Source of the DNA: an uncultured bacterium
GTDB lineage: Bacteria > Babelota > Babeliae > Babelales > JABCYS01
DNA length: 64,000 nt
Reading direction: 5' to 3'
Assembly (NCBI GenBank): GCA_963705705.1
Contig: CAVPKK010000005.1
Location: 1 to 64,000, forward strand
The notes beneath the pieces are model-generated. The model was given only the letters and a program-made list of their open reading frames with translations. It did no database searches and had not been told where the DNA came from. Positions within the stretch are counted from its first letter, which is position 1. Each line of letters opens with the position of its first letter. Made by a program: the position numbers and the translations under genes. Shown piece by piece: positions 9,787 through 18,322 of the stretch.

Positions 9787-10506
9787 TGCACCCTCACCCA
9801 GATACAGTCGCTTAAACTCACCCAATGAAACTGGAAAATGTGGTTCGGCTAATGCCAACAATGCTTGCGCATATTGGCGAATTTCCCATTGCGCATCAGC
9901 TTTGATTCTTAATTTTATGAAATGCATAAATGAATGCAGGTTAACCGTATAGATATATTCGGTGTATGCGCAAACCGGCAATACGCCACGTGCTTGCTCA
10001 CGTGCCACTCCATTGGCTAATAGCAGCTCGTATGCTTGATAGCTCACTTCCAATGTTTTTTTGTACGCATCCATTAACGCCTGATCATCGAATCGCCCAG
10101 TCGATGCCTGACGATTGTCCTTATCTTGAAATCGCCAATAGGCTGGTGTATAGAATTCAACCGGCGCCTTTACATATCGGTAACTAATTTCATTATATGA
10201 AGCCATGCGATGGCGAATCCATTGGCGCTGCACATAGATTGGCGCCTTAATGCGAAATGAAAGCTGATTGTGCTCAAATGGGCTGGTGTGATGATGCGAA
10301 ATTAAGAATTTTATTAACTTCTTATCACGTTCGGTTATCTCGTTTGCCATCTTACCGTACGATACGCGGGCTGCATTTACAACCTCAAGATCTGAACCTG
10401 ATACGCGTACCAGTTCCGCCGAACTTATACCGTCGCCAAGCGGATCAATAACTTGAGATGATTTGATTGGTGCAATGTAGTCTGTTTGGAAGGTTTGGTT
10501 TTCCAT
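9778..10506 (-). CDS. thyX: Flavin-dependent thymidylate synthase
   Basis: NAARVSY, HTSPFEH, the ThyX motif RHRMASYNEISYRY and AQWEIR. Confidence 0.96.
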   Translation of the reverse strand: MENQTFQTDYIAPIKSSQVIDPLGDGISSAELVRVSGSDLEVVNAARVSYGKMANEITERDKKLIKFLISHHHTSPFEHNQLSFRIKAPIYVQRQWIRHRMASYNEISYRYVKAPVEFYTPAYWRFQDKDNRQASTGRFDDQALMDAYKKTLEVSYQAYELLLANGVAREQARGVLPVCAYTEYIYTVNLHSFMHFIKLRIKADAQWEIRQYAQALLALAEPHFPVSLGEFKRLYLGEGALT

Positions 10507-10575
10507 CGAATATCCTTAATAAAATTTGATAGAGCCTATATTCCTTTTGCGGGCCGCACAAGTATCCTTAGTTAT

Positions 10576-11670
10576 ATGATTATAAAACTTGATCCACCAA
10601 TCATTTCAGATCAAACAATTCTTCCCATTGCTTGTGTGCGTCCTAAACGAAGAAATGGATTTAATGTTTCAGTCACTCCGCATGCCAATCAAACTATTGT
10701 TCACTGCTACGGCCACGGCGGCTCAGGCTGGACCATGTTATTCGGTTCCGTACAACGAGCTATTAGCTTATTTGAATTAACTCATCCAAATAAAAAAGAT
10801 CCGATTCGTATTGTAGGCGCCGGCTGCATGGGGCTGATATCTGCCATTGAGCTTCGAATACGAGGATATTTAGTCACCGGCATTATTGCAAAAGAAAAAT
10901 ACGATGGAGCTTCGTGGCGCGCATCCGGTTATTTTGCATTTTCCGGCAATACATCAACTAATGCCGAATCACAATTAATTAGCGAATTAGTTACCACAAC
11001 TTTCGTTACCTATAAAGCAATTGAAGAAGGGCAGCATCCCTATTTGAATCCAACGGCAGTTCGCTTATTGCCGACTTATTGCAAAATCGGATCGGATGCC
11101 AGTTTGTGTGCGGAATATTTAGCGAAGACTGGCTATATGCCAGCGGGTGAAAAAGTAACATTGGATTTTGGCCAGATCCTACATGATAATTTCATGCGTT
11201 ATTACAATTATCACATTCAGACAACCAATGTGATGCGACAGCTGATGGCTGAAGTTCAGAAATTAGGTATACCGATTGAATACAGAGAATTACAAACCTT
11301 TGGCCAACTACGCGAATCTGTAATTTTTAACTGTTCAGGCCTCGGCGCCATGGAACTTAATAATGATAAAGGCATGGTGCCATTGCGCGGTCATTTGATA
11401 ATGCTCAAACAAGAAGTTGGGAATAAGCCGCTTGATTACATTGTGCAGACAACTGTGATGCAGAATGGCGAAGAAGAAAATTTATATCTGATTCCCAAAC
11501 ATGAATTAGTAACTTCTGAATGCCCAGATGGCCTGCCATGCGCCGGCGTGATTGGCACCACCTATGCGCCGACTGATGGTATGTCGGATGAAGATATTAC
11601 AAAGTTGGATGCAATTGAATTTGAAAAATTATTTAGACGGGCTCACGAATTTTTTGGCGCTACTTCGTAA
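10576..11670 (+). CDS. FAD-dependent oxidoreductase, D-amino-acid oxidase family, with permuted motif order
   Basis: HCYGHGGSGWT at the N-terminus, Rossmann motif IVGAGCMG, and VIFNCSGLGA..L..D..MVPLRG. Confidence 0.8.
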   Translation: MIIKLDPPIISDQTILPIACVRPKRRNGFNVSVTPHANQTIVHCYGHGGSGWTMLFGSVQRAISLFELTHPNKKDPIRIVGAGCMGLISAIELRIRGYLVTGIIAKEKYDGASWRASGYFAFSGNTSTNAESQLISELVTTTFVTYKAIEEGQHPYLNPTAVRLLPTYCKIGSDASLCAEYLAKTGYMPAGEKVTLDFGQILHDNFMRYYNYHIQTTNVMRQLMAEVQKLGIPIEYRELQTFGQLRESVIFNCSGLGAMELNNDKGMVPLRGHLIMLKQEVGNKPLDYIVQTTVMQNGEEENLYLIPKHELVTSECPDGLPCAGVIGTTYAPTDGMSDEDITKLDAIEFEKLFRRAHEFFGATS

Positions 11671-14473
11671 CTTCCTGCCAATTAGATCCAATTCTTGTAT
11701 CAACCACCATCGGGATTGGCCACGATACAACTGTTTCGAGAATTTTTTTGGCAAGCGGCTCAGCTTGTTCGATATGCTCTTTCGGTACGCTGATCAATAA
11801 TTCGTCATGAATCTGCAATAAAATTTTTGCACCGGGAAATTTCTCGCTCAACGTTTTATCTAAGTTGATCATGCCAATCTTCATTACTTCTGCCGCGGTA
11901 CCCTGTGCTGCCGTATTGATAGCGATGCGGCGGGCGAGATCGTATAACGTCCGATTCCTCTCGTAAATACCGGGAACATATCGCCGGCGGCCCCAATGGG
12001 TCGTTACGTATCCATGCTTTTTCGTCTCTTCAATTACCCTCTCCATCCAAGCAGATACACCCGGATATTGGGCAAAATATTTCTCAATATATGTTTTGGC
12101 ATCGTTATAACTGATGCCCAAATCCTGCGATAGCCCATAGGGCGTCATCCCATACAATATTGAAAAGTTAATGCGCTTACCAAGCTGCCGCTGCTCATTG
12201 GTAACTTTATCGAGCGGTACATCAAATAATTTTGCTGCCGTCTGGGTGTGAATATCAATATTGTTGTTGAAGGCATGTATGAGTGCTTCATCACCAGATA
12301 AGAATGCCAACACGCGTAACTCGATCTGCGAATAGTCAGCAGATAAGAATACATGCCCTTTTTCCGGCTTGAATGCCATACGAACGTGAATATCATAGGG
12401 CTTTGTGTGAACGGGAATATTTTGCAAATTAGGGTCAGAGCTTGCTAAGCGGCCGGTTGATACTGATGTTTGGCTAAATGAAGTATGAATTCTGCCATCT
12501 TTTGGATTGATGTAAGTTGGCAATGAATCCAGATACGTGCTCTTGAGCTTGGCAAGTTCTCGCCATTTTATGATAAGCCCAGGCACTGGATGCAATTTTG
12601 CTAGCACCTCCAACACTTCTTCATCAGTTGAATACCCTGTTCTAGTTTTGCGTTGCGGCGGCAATTTAAGGTCGTGGAACAATAACTGTGAAAGTTGCTT
12701 TGGGGAATTAAGGTTGATGTGCTTGTATTGCTCGCCGGCAGCCACAATGATTTTTTCTTCAAGCTTTGCCATATCGCGCTCGACGTATTCGTTCAGTTTA
12801 TGCAAGACCGAAGCATCAAGATAAATGCCTTCCTTCTCCATTTTGTAGAGCACTTGGGCGAGTGGCAATTCGATATCGTAAAATAATTTTTCCATATGCT
12901 GCTTGCGCAGCTCTTCTTCCATAACACTAACTAATTTGTAGGTTTGATGCGCGTCTGCTGCAGCATATTCAGTAGCAAGATCAAGCGGTACCTCGGCAAA
13001 TGATTTGTAGCCGTTGCTCATAACTGCATCGGCAAACGAGATCATTTTTTCTTTGAGATAAAACTGCGAAAGGTATTTGAGACTAATGCGTTGCCAATCT
13101 TCGGTCACCAAATGTGCTGCGATCAAGGTATCAAACACAATGGAATTCACATGAATGCCATATTGACTCAAAACTAGTTGATCAAACTTTGTATGCTGCA
13201 AATATTTTTTTATGGCTGTGTCTTCAAATACTGGCTTGAGCATATCAATGACGGTTTGCAGCGGGATTTGATCAGGTGCCGGCTGGCCACCAAACATTGA
13301 TTCAGTTTGATCATCCGCTGGCGTTTTGCCCTTTTTCGCCTGCGTTTCCTGCTTACCCTGATGACCCACCGGGATGTAGTACGCAGTGCCAGGCTCTACG
13401 CAAATCGAAATGCCAACCAAATTACAGTTTAGCCCATCAAGGCCATCGGTTTCGGTATCAAATGCAAATAATTTTTTCTTATGAATCTGTGAGACAAGAT
13501 CTTTTAGCATCGCCTGGTGTGTGACCGCTAAAAAGTTATAGCCCTTAAGCTCAGACAATTTTTCAAGCTTCGGTTTATAACCCTTCTTCTCCAAATCCTT
13601 GAGCAATGATTTAAATTCCAGTTCTTCAAAGAGCGGCCGTGCTTCTGGCCAGTTTGCCTCATCAACAAGGAAATCTTCTTTGTTTAAACCTAAATCATGA
13701 TAGCGAAGTAAAAAAAGATCTTGTGATAGGAATGCATCTGCCTTATGTTGCGCAAGCGCTTCACGCGTGCGCTCTTTTTTTACCTTATCGAGGTTTTTAT
13801 ACAGATCATCGAGTGAATCAAATTGAGTCACCAGCTCAGCTGCGCCAACCTTGCCTATACCTTTTACTCCGGGAATGTTATCCGAAGCATCACCGATGAG
13901 TGCAAAATAAAATGGAATCTTGCTGATGGGAAAACCGTATTTTTCTTCAAGCATTGCGACATCGATGAACTGCTCTTTAAGCCAGTCATACATTAATGCA
14001 TGAGGGCCAACCATTTGCCCCATATCTTTATCTGAAGTTACCAAAACAACAGTATCGCCCTTTTTAATAGAATCAGCGCCTATGGAATACATTAAATCAT
14101 CTGCTTCGACCCCAGAACGCATAACCTGCTTGAGCTGAATAAGATCAGCAAACTCCATAATCTTCTCTTTTTGGACAAATAGATCACTCGGCGGTGCCTG
14201 GCGCGTAGCTTTATAGGTTGGCAAGAGTTCATGGCGCTCGGTTTTCCCTGGGGAATCCCAAACGATAGCCATATATTTGGGCTTAAAGGTCTCAAGGAGT
14301 TTGTGAATGATGCGGCAAAAATTATATACCGCCTGTACTGGCAGACCATAGCTCGTATGCATTGGCCGAAGACCATAATAGGCACGATACAAGAAGGCAG
14401 AACCATCTATCAGAAAGATGGTCTTATCGGGATCAAAATGTGGCTTTAAAGGGGGGCGTAGTTGTAATTCCAT
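11660..14473 (-). CDS. polA: DNA polymerase I
   Basis: 5'-3' exonuclease (LIDGSAFLYRAYY), 3'-5' exonuclease (FDTET) and Pol A motifs (SADYSQIELR, KRINFSILYG, LQIHDEL). Confidence 0.98.
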   Translation of the reverse strand: MELQLRPPLKPHFDPDKTIFLIDGSAFLYRAYYGLRPMHTSYGLPVQAVYNFCRIIHKLLETFKPKYMAIVWDSPGKTERHELLPTYKATRQAPPSDLFVQKEKIMEFADLIQLKQVMRSGVEADDLMYSIGADSIKKGDTVVLVTSDKDMGQMVGPHALMYDWLKEQFIDVAMLEEKYGFPISKIPFYFALIGDASDNIPGVKGIGKVGAAELVTQFDSLDDLYKNLDKVKKERTREALAQHKADAFLSQDLFLLRYHDLGLNKEDFLVDEANWPEARPLFEELEFKSLLKDLEKKGYKPKLEKLSELKGYNFLAVTHQAMLKDLVSQIHKKKLFAFDTETDGLDGLNCNLVGISICVEPGTAYYIPVGHQGKQETQAKKGKTPADDQTESMFGGQPAPDQIPLQTVIDMLKPVFEDTAIKKYLQHTKFDQLVLSQYGIHVNSIVFDTLIAAHLVTEDWQRISLKYLSQFYLKEKMISFADAVMSNGYKSFAEVPLDLATEYAAADAHQTYKLVSVMEEELRKQHMEKLFYDIELPLAQVLYKMEKEGIYLDASVLHKLNEYVERDMAKLEEKIIVAAGEQYKHINLNSPKQLSQLLFHDLKLPPQRKTRTGYSTDEEVLEVLAKLHPVPGLIIKWRELAKLKSTYLDSLPTYINPKDGRIHTSFSQTSVSTGRLASSDPNLQNIPVHTKPYDIHVRMAFKPEKGHVFLSADYSQIELRVLAFLSGDEALIHAFNNNIDIHTQTAAKLFDVPLDKVTNEQRQLGKRINFSILYGMTPYGLSQDLGISYNDAKTYIEKYFAQYPGVSAWMERVIEETKKHGYVTTHWGRRRYVPGIYERNRTLYDLARRIAINTAAQGTAAEVMKIGMINLDKTLSEKFPGAKILLQIHDELLISVPKEHIEQAEPLAKKILETVVSWPIPMVVDTRIGSNWQEVTK

Positions 14474-14490
14474 TGAGCTCCAAAAAGGGA

Positions 14491-14535
14491 CCGATCACCC
14501 CTGAGTGTTTTGCGCAGCAAAATGTATCGAAGGGC
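14491..14535. repeat. Palindromic element, long variant; near-identical inverted copy of 39081-39124
   Basis: The reverse complement GCCCTTCGATACATTTTGCTGCGCAAAACACTCAGGGGTGATCGG differs from 39081-39124 by one G. Confidence 0.9.
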
Positions 14536-14629
14536 TAACATCATAATTGAGATGGGTAAAAAAAGAAAAAGGTTATGCGAGCTTTGAAAGTCCTCTTTTA
14601 CGTTCTTCATAGTCGGAAATTGATAGGCA

Positions 14630-15049
14630 CTAGCAGGTTGAATGGAGCAATAAACCAACCTTCTTGTTTTGCTTCACAAGCTCGTTATAAAGCTTTACCG
14701 CCTTTTCACTTTGCAGAATATGAACTTCTTTATTCAATGATGAGAGATAGGCAACTGTTTCTGGCTTAGTCTCAAGCACCAAATCAACACCACGCGACAA
14801 GATAATAATATCGCAATCATTGATAATAGTTTGAAGATCTTCAATTTGTATGCCGGGATGATGGCGAGTTTTAAACTCATTCCAATCCCAGGCTTGCGGC
14901 CCGCTTGGTGATAGCTTGCAGTCTTTAAAGGTATGCTCTTTCCCTTCAAAATTGACAACCACCTTGCCCCAAGAAAAATGAGTGATCGTATTTGCTTGCG
15001 CCATAAGAGCAGTCGTCATTAATGCCAGTGCATATATCTTTTTTATCAT
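14630..15049 (-). CDS. Mth938/AAMDC-like protein with a signal peptide
   Basis: SWG, KDCKL.P.G...WDW....T.H.PGIQ, SRG, AV..YN.L and the C-terminal HSTC match the AAMDC pattern. Leader MIKKIYALALMTTALMAQA. Confidence 0.85.
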   Translation of the reverse strand: MIKKIYALALMTTALMAQANTITHFSWGKVVVNFEGKEHTFKDCKLSPSGPQAWDWNEFKTRHHPGIQIEDLQTIINDCDIIILSRGVDLVLETKPETVAYLSSLNKEVHILQSEKAVKLYNELVKQNKKVGLLLHSTC

Positions 15050-15217
15050 GAGTTTCCTAGGTGTTAACTATCGATGTGTGATCAGGCTACCTAATTTAAC
15101 CCACCATGCAAAGGCTCCCGCGCAAGGGTATTCCCTTTGTATTAAAAGGCCTTGTCATTCGTATCTAAATAATTAAGAGTGAATTGCATTAAAAAAAGGG
15201 GCGGGTAAAGTTTGACC

Positions 15218-17176
15218 ATGTACATCAATGTCACTCTTTTTGGCGGCTTGCAACAACCGCTGACCTATCGAATACCAGATTCACTGACCGACCAAATCAC
15301 TGTTGGTTGTTTGGTGCGTGTTCCAGTGCGCAATAGCTCACGGGCAGCGCTTGTGGTTTCTTTTTCGCAAAAACCTCGGGTTGAATATGAAATCAAAGAC
15401 ATTCAAGGGCTTGAGCCGGTACCGAACGATCCAGAATTCCAGCCATATCTTGCAAAATTAGCATCCTATTACCGAGTCGATCCCACCCGTTTTATTTGGC
15501 GCATGAAACAGTTCCTTGGGCAGAAACAAACGGCCAAAGATATCGCCGTCACCTCAGCAGTTCCCATTGCCCATGAGTTCAACTTAACACCAGAGCAACA
15601 AAACATCTTCAGTGCCATCTCCCCAGCTTTATTGGCAAACCAATTTACACCGCACGTTATTCATGGCGTTACCGGTTCAGGCAAAACCATGGTATATCGG
15701 GCATTAATTGAACAGGTATTAGCACAAGGGAAGAATGCTGTATTGCTACTACCTGAAGTAATGATGGCGGTCGCTTTCGAGCACACATTTAAACAATGGT
15801 TTTCGGCCGAGCAAGTTATTGGGTTTCATTCAGCCAGCTCAGTTAAAGAGAAAAAAAGATTGTGGCAGGCCATGCTGCACAATAAGCCAACCTTAATCAT
15901 TGGCGTACATTTGCCCATGTTATTACCGATTCCAAACCTAGGCCTTATTGTGATCGATGAGGAACACGAAACTGGTTTTCAAGAAAAGCGCCATCCGAAG
16001 ATCAATGCCAAAGAAGCAGCATTACTTCGCGCGCAACAATATCAGATACCTATTATCCTTGGTTCAGCAACACCATCAATGCATACATTGCACCAAGTAA
16101 AAACCAAGAGTTGGCCGCTACATAAACTTGCGCAACGTTATGCTGGGGCATTCCCTTCTATTCGGGTTATTCAATTAAGGGATAAAAAACAGCGCAAAAA
16201 TTTCTGGGTAACACCAGAATTAGAACGGGCGATCGCCGATCGATTGGCAAAGAAAGAACAAGCAATCATTTTTATTAACCGTCGCGGCTTCAGCTTCTTC
16301 GTGCAATGTAAGGAATGCAGCTTCATATTTAACTGCTCGAATTGTTCGGTGAGTTTGACGCTGCATATGAATGAACAACCTGTTCTGCGCTGCCATTATT
16401 GTGAATATGCCCAACCCGGGCCGGCTTGTTGTGGCAAGTGTAAAAGTACCAACCTATTAAATAAAGGTATTGGCACTCAGCAGGTAGTAACCATGTTACA
16501 AAAATTGTTTCCTGTGGCGCGCATTGGGCGCGCGGATTTGGATAGCACCGCTGAACGGAAGAAATGGCAGCAGACCGTGGATGCTATGACGAATTATGAG
16601 TTGGATATTTTGGTTGGCACCCAGATGGTTACTAAAGGGTATCATTTCCCTAAGGTGACTTTAGTTGGCGTATTATGGGCTGATGTAAATTTAAGTATGC
16701 CTATATTCAATGCCGCTGAGACCTGCTTGCAGCAATTGATCCAAGTCGCCGGCCGCGCGGGGCGCGCATCAGTTGGCAGCGAGGTGATCATACAATCTAT
16801 GATTGACCATCCGATTTTTAACTATTTGGAAGAAACAAAATATCCGGAATTTTATGGTGCTGAAATTGCCCAGCGCGAAATTCTTGGCTACCCCCCATGC
16901 AAGCGGTTTGCTGAGTTGGAAATACGCAACATGAATGAAGCCCAGCTCGAGCGAGATGTACAAGAAATTGCTGAACAGCTATATGCAGCAAACAAACATA
17001 ATATACAGATTCTTGGCCCAGCCCTACCGCCGGTATATAAGATGAACAACTGGTTTGTTCGTAAGATCTACTTCAAAGCCCCGACGATTAACCATATTGC
17101 TTCATTATTGGCAACGGTTGATGCAAGAAATATCCGTTCGCGTATATTCTATACCCCTAACCCAGTAGGTTTGTAA
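15218..17176 (+). CDS. priA: Primosomal protein N'
   Basis: GVTGSGKT, DEEHE, GSATPS, NRRGF, paired CxxC zinc motifs, GTQMVTKG and QVAGRAGR. Confidence 0.97.
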   Translation: MYINVTLFGGLQQPLTYRIPDSLTDQITVGCLVRVPVRNSSRAALVVSFSQKPRVEYEIKDIQGLEPVPNDPEFQPYLAKLASYYRVDPTRFIWRMKQFLGQKQTAKDIAVTSAVPIAHEFNLTPEQQNIFSAISPALLANQFTPHVIHGVTGSGKTMVYRALIEQVLAQGKNAVLLLPEVMMAVAFEHTFKQWFSAEQVIGFHSASSVKEKKRLWQAMLHNKPTLIIGVHLPMLLPIPNLGLIVIDEEHETGFQEKRHPKINAKEAALLRAQQYQIPIILGSATPSMHTLHQVKTKSWPLHKLAQRYAGAFPSIRVIQLRDKKQRKNFWVTPELERAIADRLAKKEQAIIFINRRGFSFFVQCKECSFIFNCSNCSVSLTLHMNEQPVLRCHYCEYAQPGPACCGKCKSTNLLNKGIGTQQVVTMLQKLFPVARIGRADLDSTAERKKWQQTVDAMTNYELDILVGTQMVTKGYHFPKVTLVGVLWADVNLSMPIFNAAETCLQQLIQVAGRAGRASVGSEVIIQSMIDHPIFNYLEETKYPEFYGAEIAQREILGYPPCKRFAELEIRNMNEAQLERDVQEIAEQLYAANKHNIQILGPALPPVYKMNNWFVRKIYFKAPTINHIASLLATVDARNIRSRIFYTPNPVGL

Positions 17177-17177
17177 C

Positions 17178-17414
17178 ATGACGCTCGAAATTTTAACACC
17201 ATACGAATACCGCACTTTTATCATCGCCTGGCTTGAGGTGAATACTGGCATTGGCAACTTGATTATTCAACCAGGGCACGCACCAGCCGTAATGACACTC
17301 ACCGACAACTCAACCGCCATTGCTACACTACCCGCCGGCAATGATGAAGTTATTGTCGTCACGCGCGGCGTTGTAGAAATAAGCCGATCACGCATCAGGC
17401 TTCTTATGAACTAG
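17178..17414 (+). CDS. F-type ATP synthase epsilon-like N-terminal beta-sandwich protein, orphan and lacking the C-terminal helices
   Basis: MTLEILTP...G.L.I.PGHAP...GVVEI follows the AtpC N-domain pattern. 78 aa. Confidence 0.65.
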   Translation: MTLEILTPYEYRTFIIAWLEVNTGIGNLIIQPGHAPAVMTLTDNSTAIATLPAGNDEVIVVTRGVVEISRSRIRLLMN

Positions 17415-17420
17415 GGGCAC

Positions 17421-18188
17421 ATGAAAAAAATACTTTTTTTACTTACCGCAATACTCGCCCTCACGCTCATACCCAAACCGCTACGATTAACCACAAGGCA
17501 AGCGCAAGAGGTTGGCAAAAAGATTTGGCGCAATGAGTGCGGCGGTTCCATTGAAGGATTATTATCATGGAACAAAAATGAATCCTTCGCATCCGTGGGA
17601 ATTGGCCACTTCACCTGGTGTTCGACTGGAAAAAGCTGCCCGTTCGCGCAAAGCTTTCCATCTCTCATTAGATTTATGGTAGAGCATGATATTAAAATTC
17701 CTGCATGGCTTGATAGTAAAAAGGGATATTCATGCCCGTGGCGAACCCGGCGGGAATTTATACAAGCGCGCAACACTACGCGGATGAAAGAACTTGAAGC
17801 TTTTTTGATTGATACGATGGATGCTCAAATAGCCTTTATGGTTAAACGATTAGATGATGCACTGCCAAAAATGTTAGCAGCCGCACCGCACCATCGCAAA
17901 AATCATATTAAAAAACAGTTTGAACGTTTGATGCGTACTGAAAAAGGATTGTATGCAATGATCGACTATGTAAATTTTAAAGGCGAAGGTATTTCGCATG
18001 CAACTACGGGAAAAGGCTGGGGCTTGTTACAGGTTTTGGATACATTACATGCAAAAAATGACGAGATCGCAATTCATCAATTTGTGGACGCGGCGAAAGA
18101 ACTACTAACTAACCGCACGCAACGACAACCTACAACGCGCCGCTGGCTAGAAGGCTGGCATAACCGGCTCGATACATATTTGGTATGA
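17421..18188 (+). CDS. Secreted or membrane-anchored hypothetical protein, possibly of the lysozyme-like superfamily
   Basis: Hydrophobic N-terminus; motif-rich (IWRNE, SVGIGHF.W, DYVNFKGEG, GWGLLQVL, WL.GW.NR). Confidence 0.6.
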   Translation: MKKILFLLTAILALTLIPKPLRLTTRQAQEVGKKIWRNECGGSIEGLLSWNKNESFASVGIGHFTWCSTGKSCPFAQSFPSLIRFMVEHDIKIPAWLDSKKGYSCPWRTRREFIQARNTTRMKELEAFLIDTMDAQIAFMVKRLDDALPKMLAAAPHHRKNHIKKQFERLMRTEKGLYAMIDYVNFKGEGISHATTGKGWGLLQVLDTLHAKNDEIAIHQFVDAAKELLTNRTQRQPTTRRWLEGWHNRLDTYLV

Positions 18189-18229
18189 GGAATCACAAAA
18201 TGACAATTACGTTTTTTTAAGTCTTTTTA

Positions 18230-18264
18230 GCGCTCTGATCCTTCGATCAACTCAGGATGAGCGC
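18230..18264. repeat. 35-bp palindromic element
   Basis: GCGCTCTGATCCTTCGATCAACTCAGGATGAGCGC; related copies at 23960, 34361, 59527 and 59573. Confidence 0.85.
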
Positions 18265-18322
18265 TCTGCGGCCGAATCAGCGAGTAAGCCAGCAATTAGT
18301 ATCTAATATTTGGAAATTCAGC

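Noticed and set aside
13270..13365. Extra loop in PolA (GKQETQAKKGKTPADDQTESMFGG)
   Set aside because: It falls in a normally variable loop of the 3'-5' exonuclease domain, and I see no hairpin or match to the repeat family.
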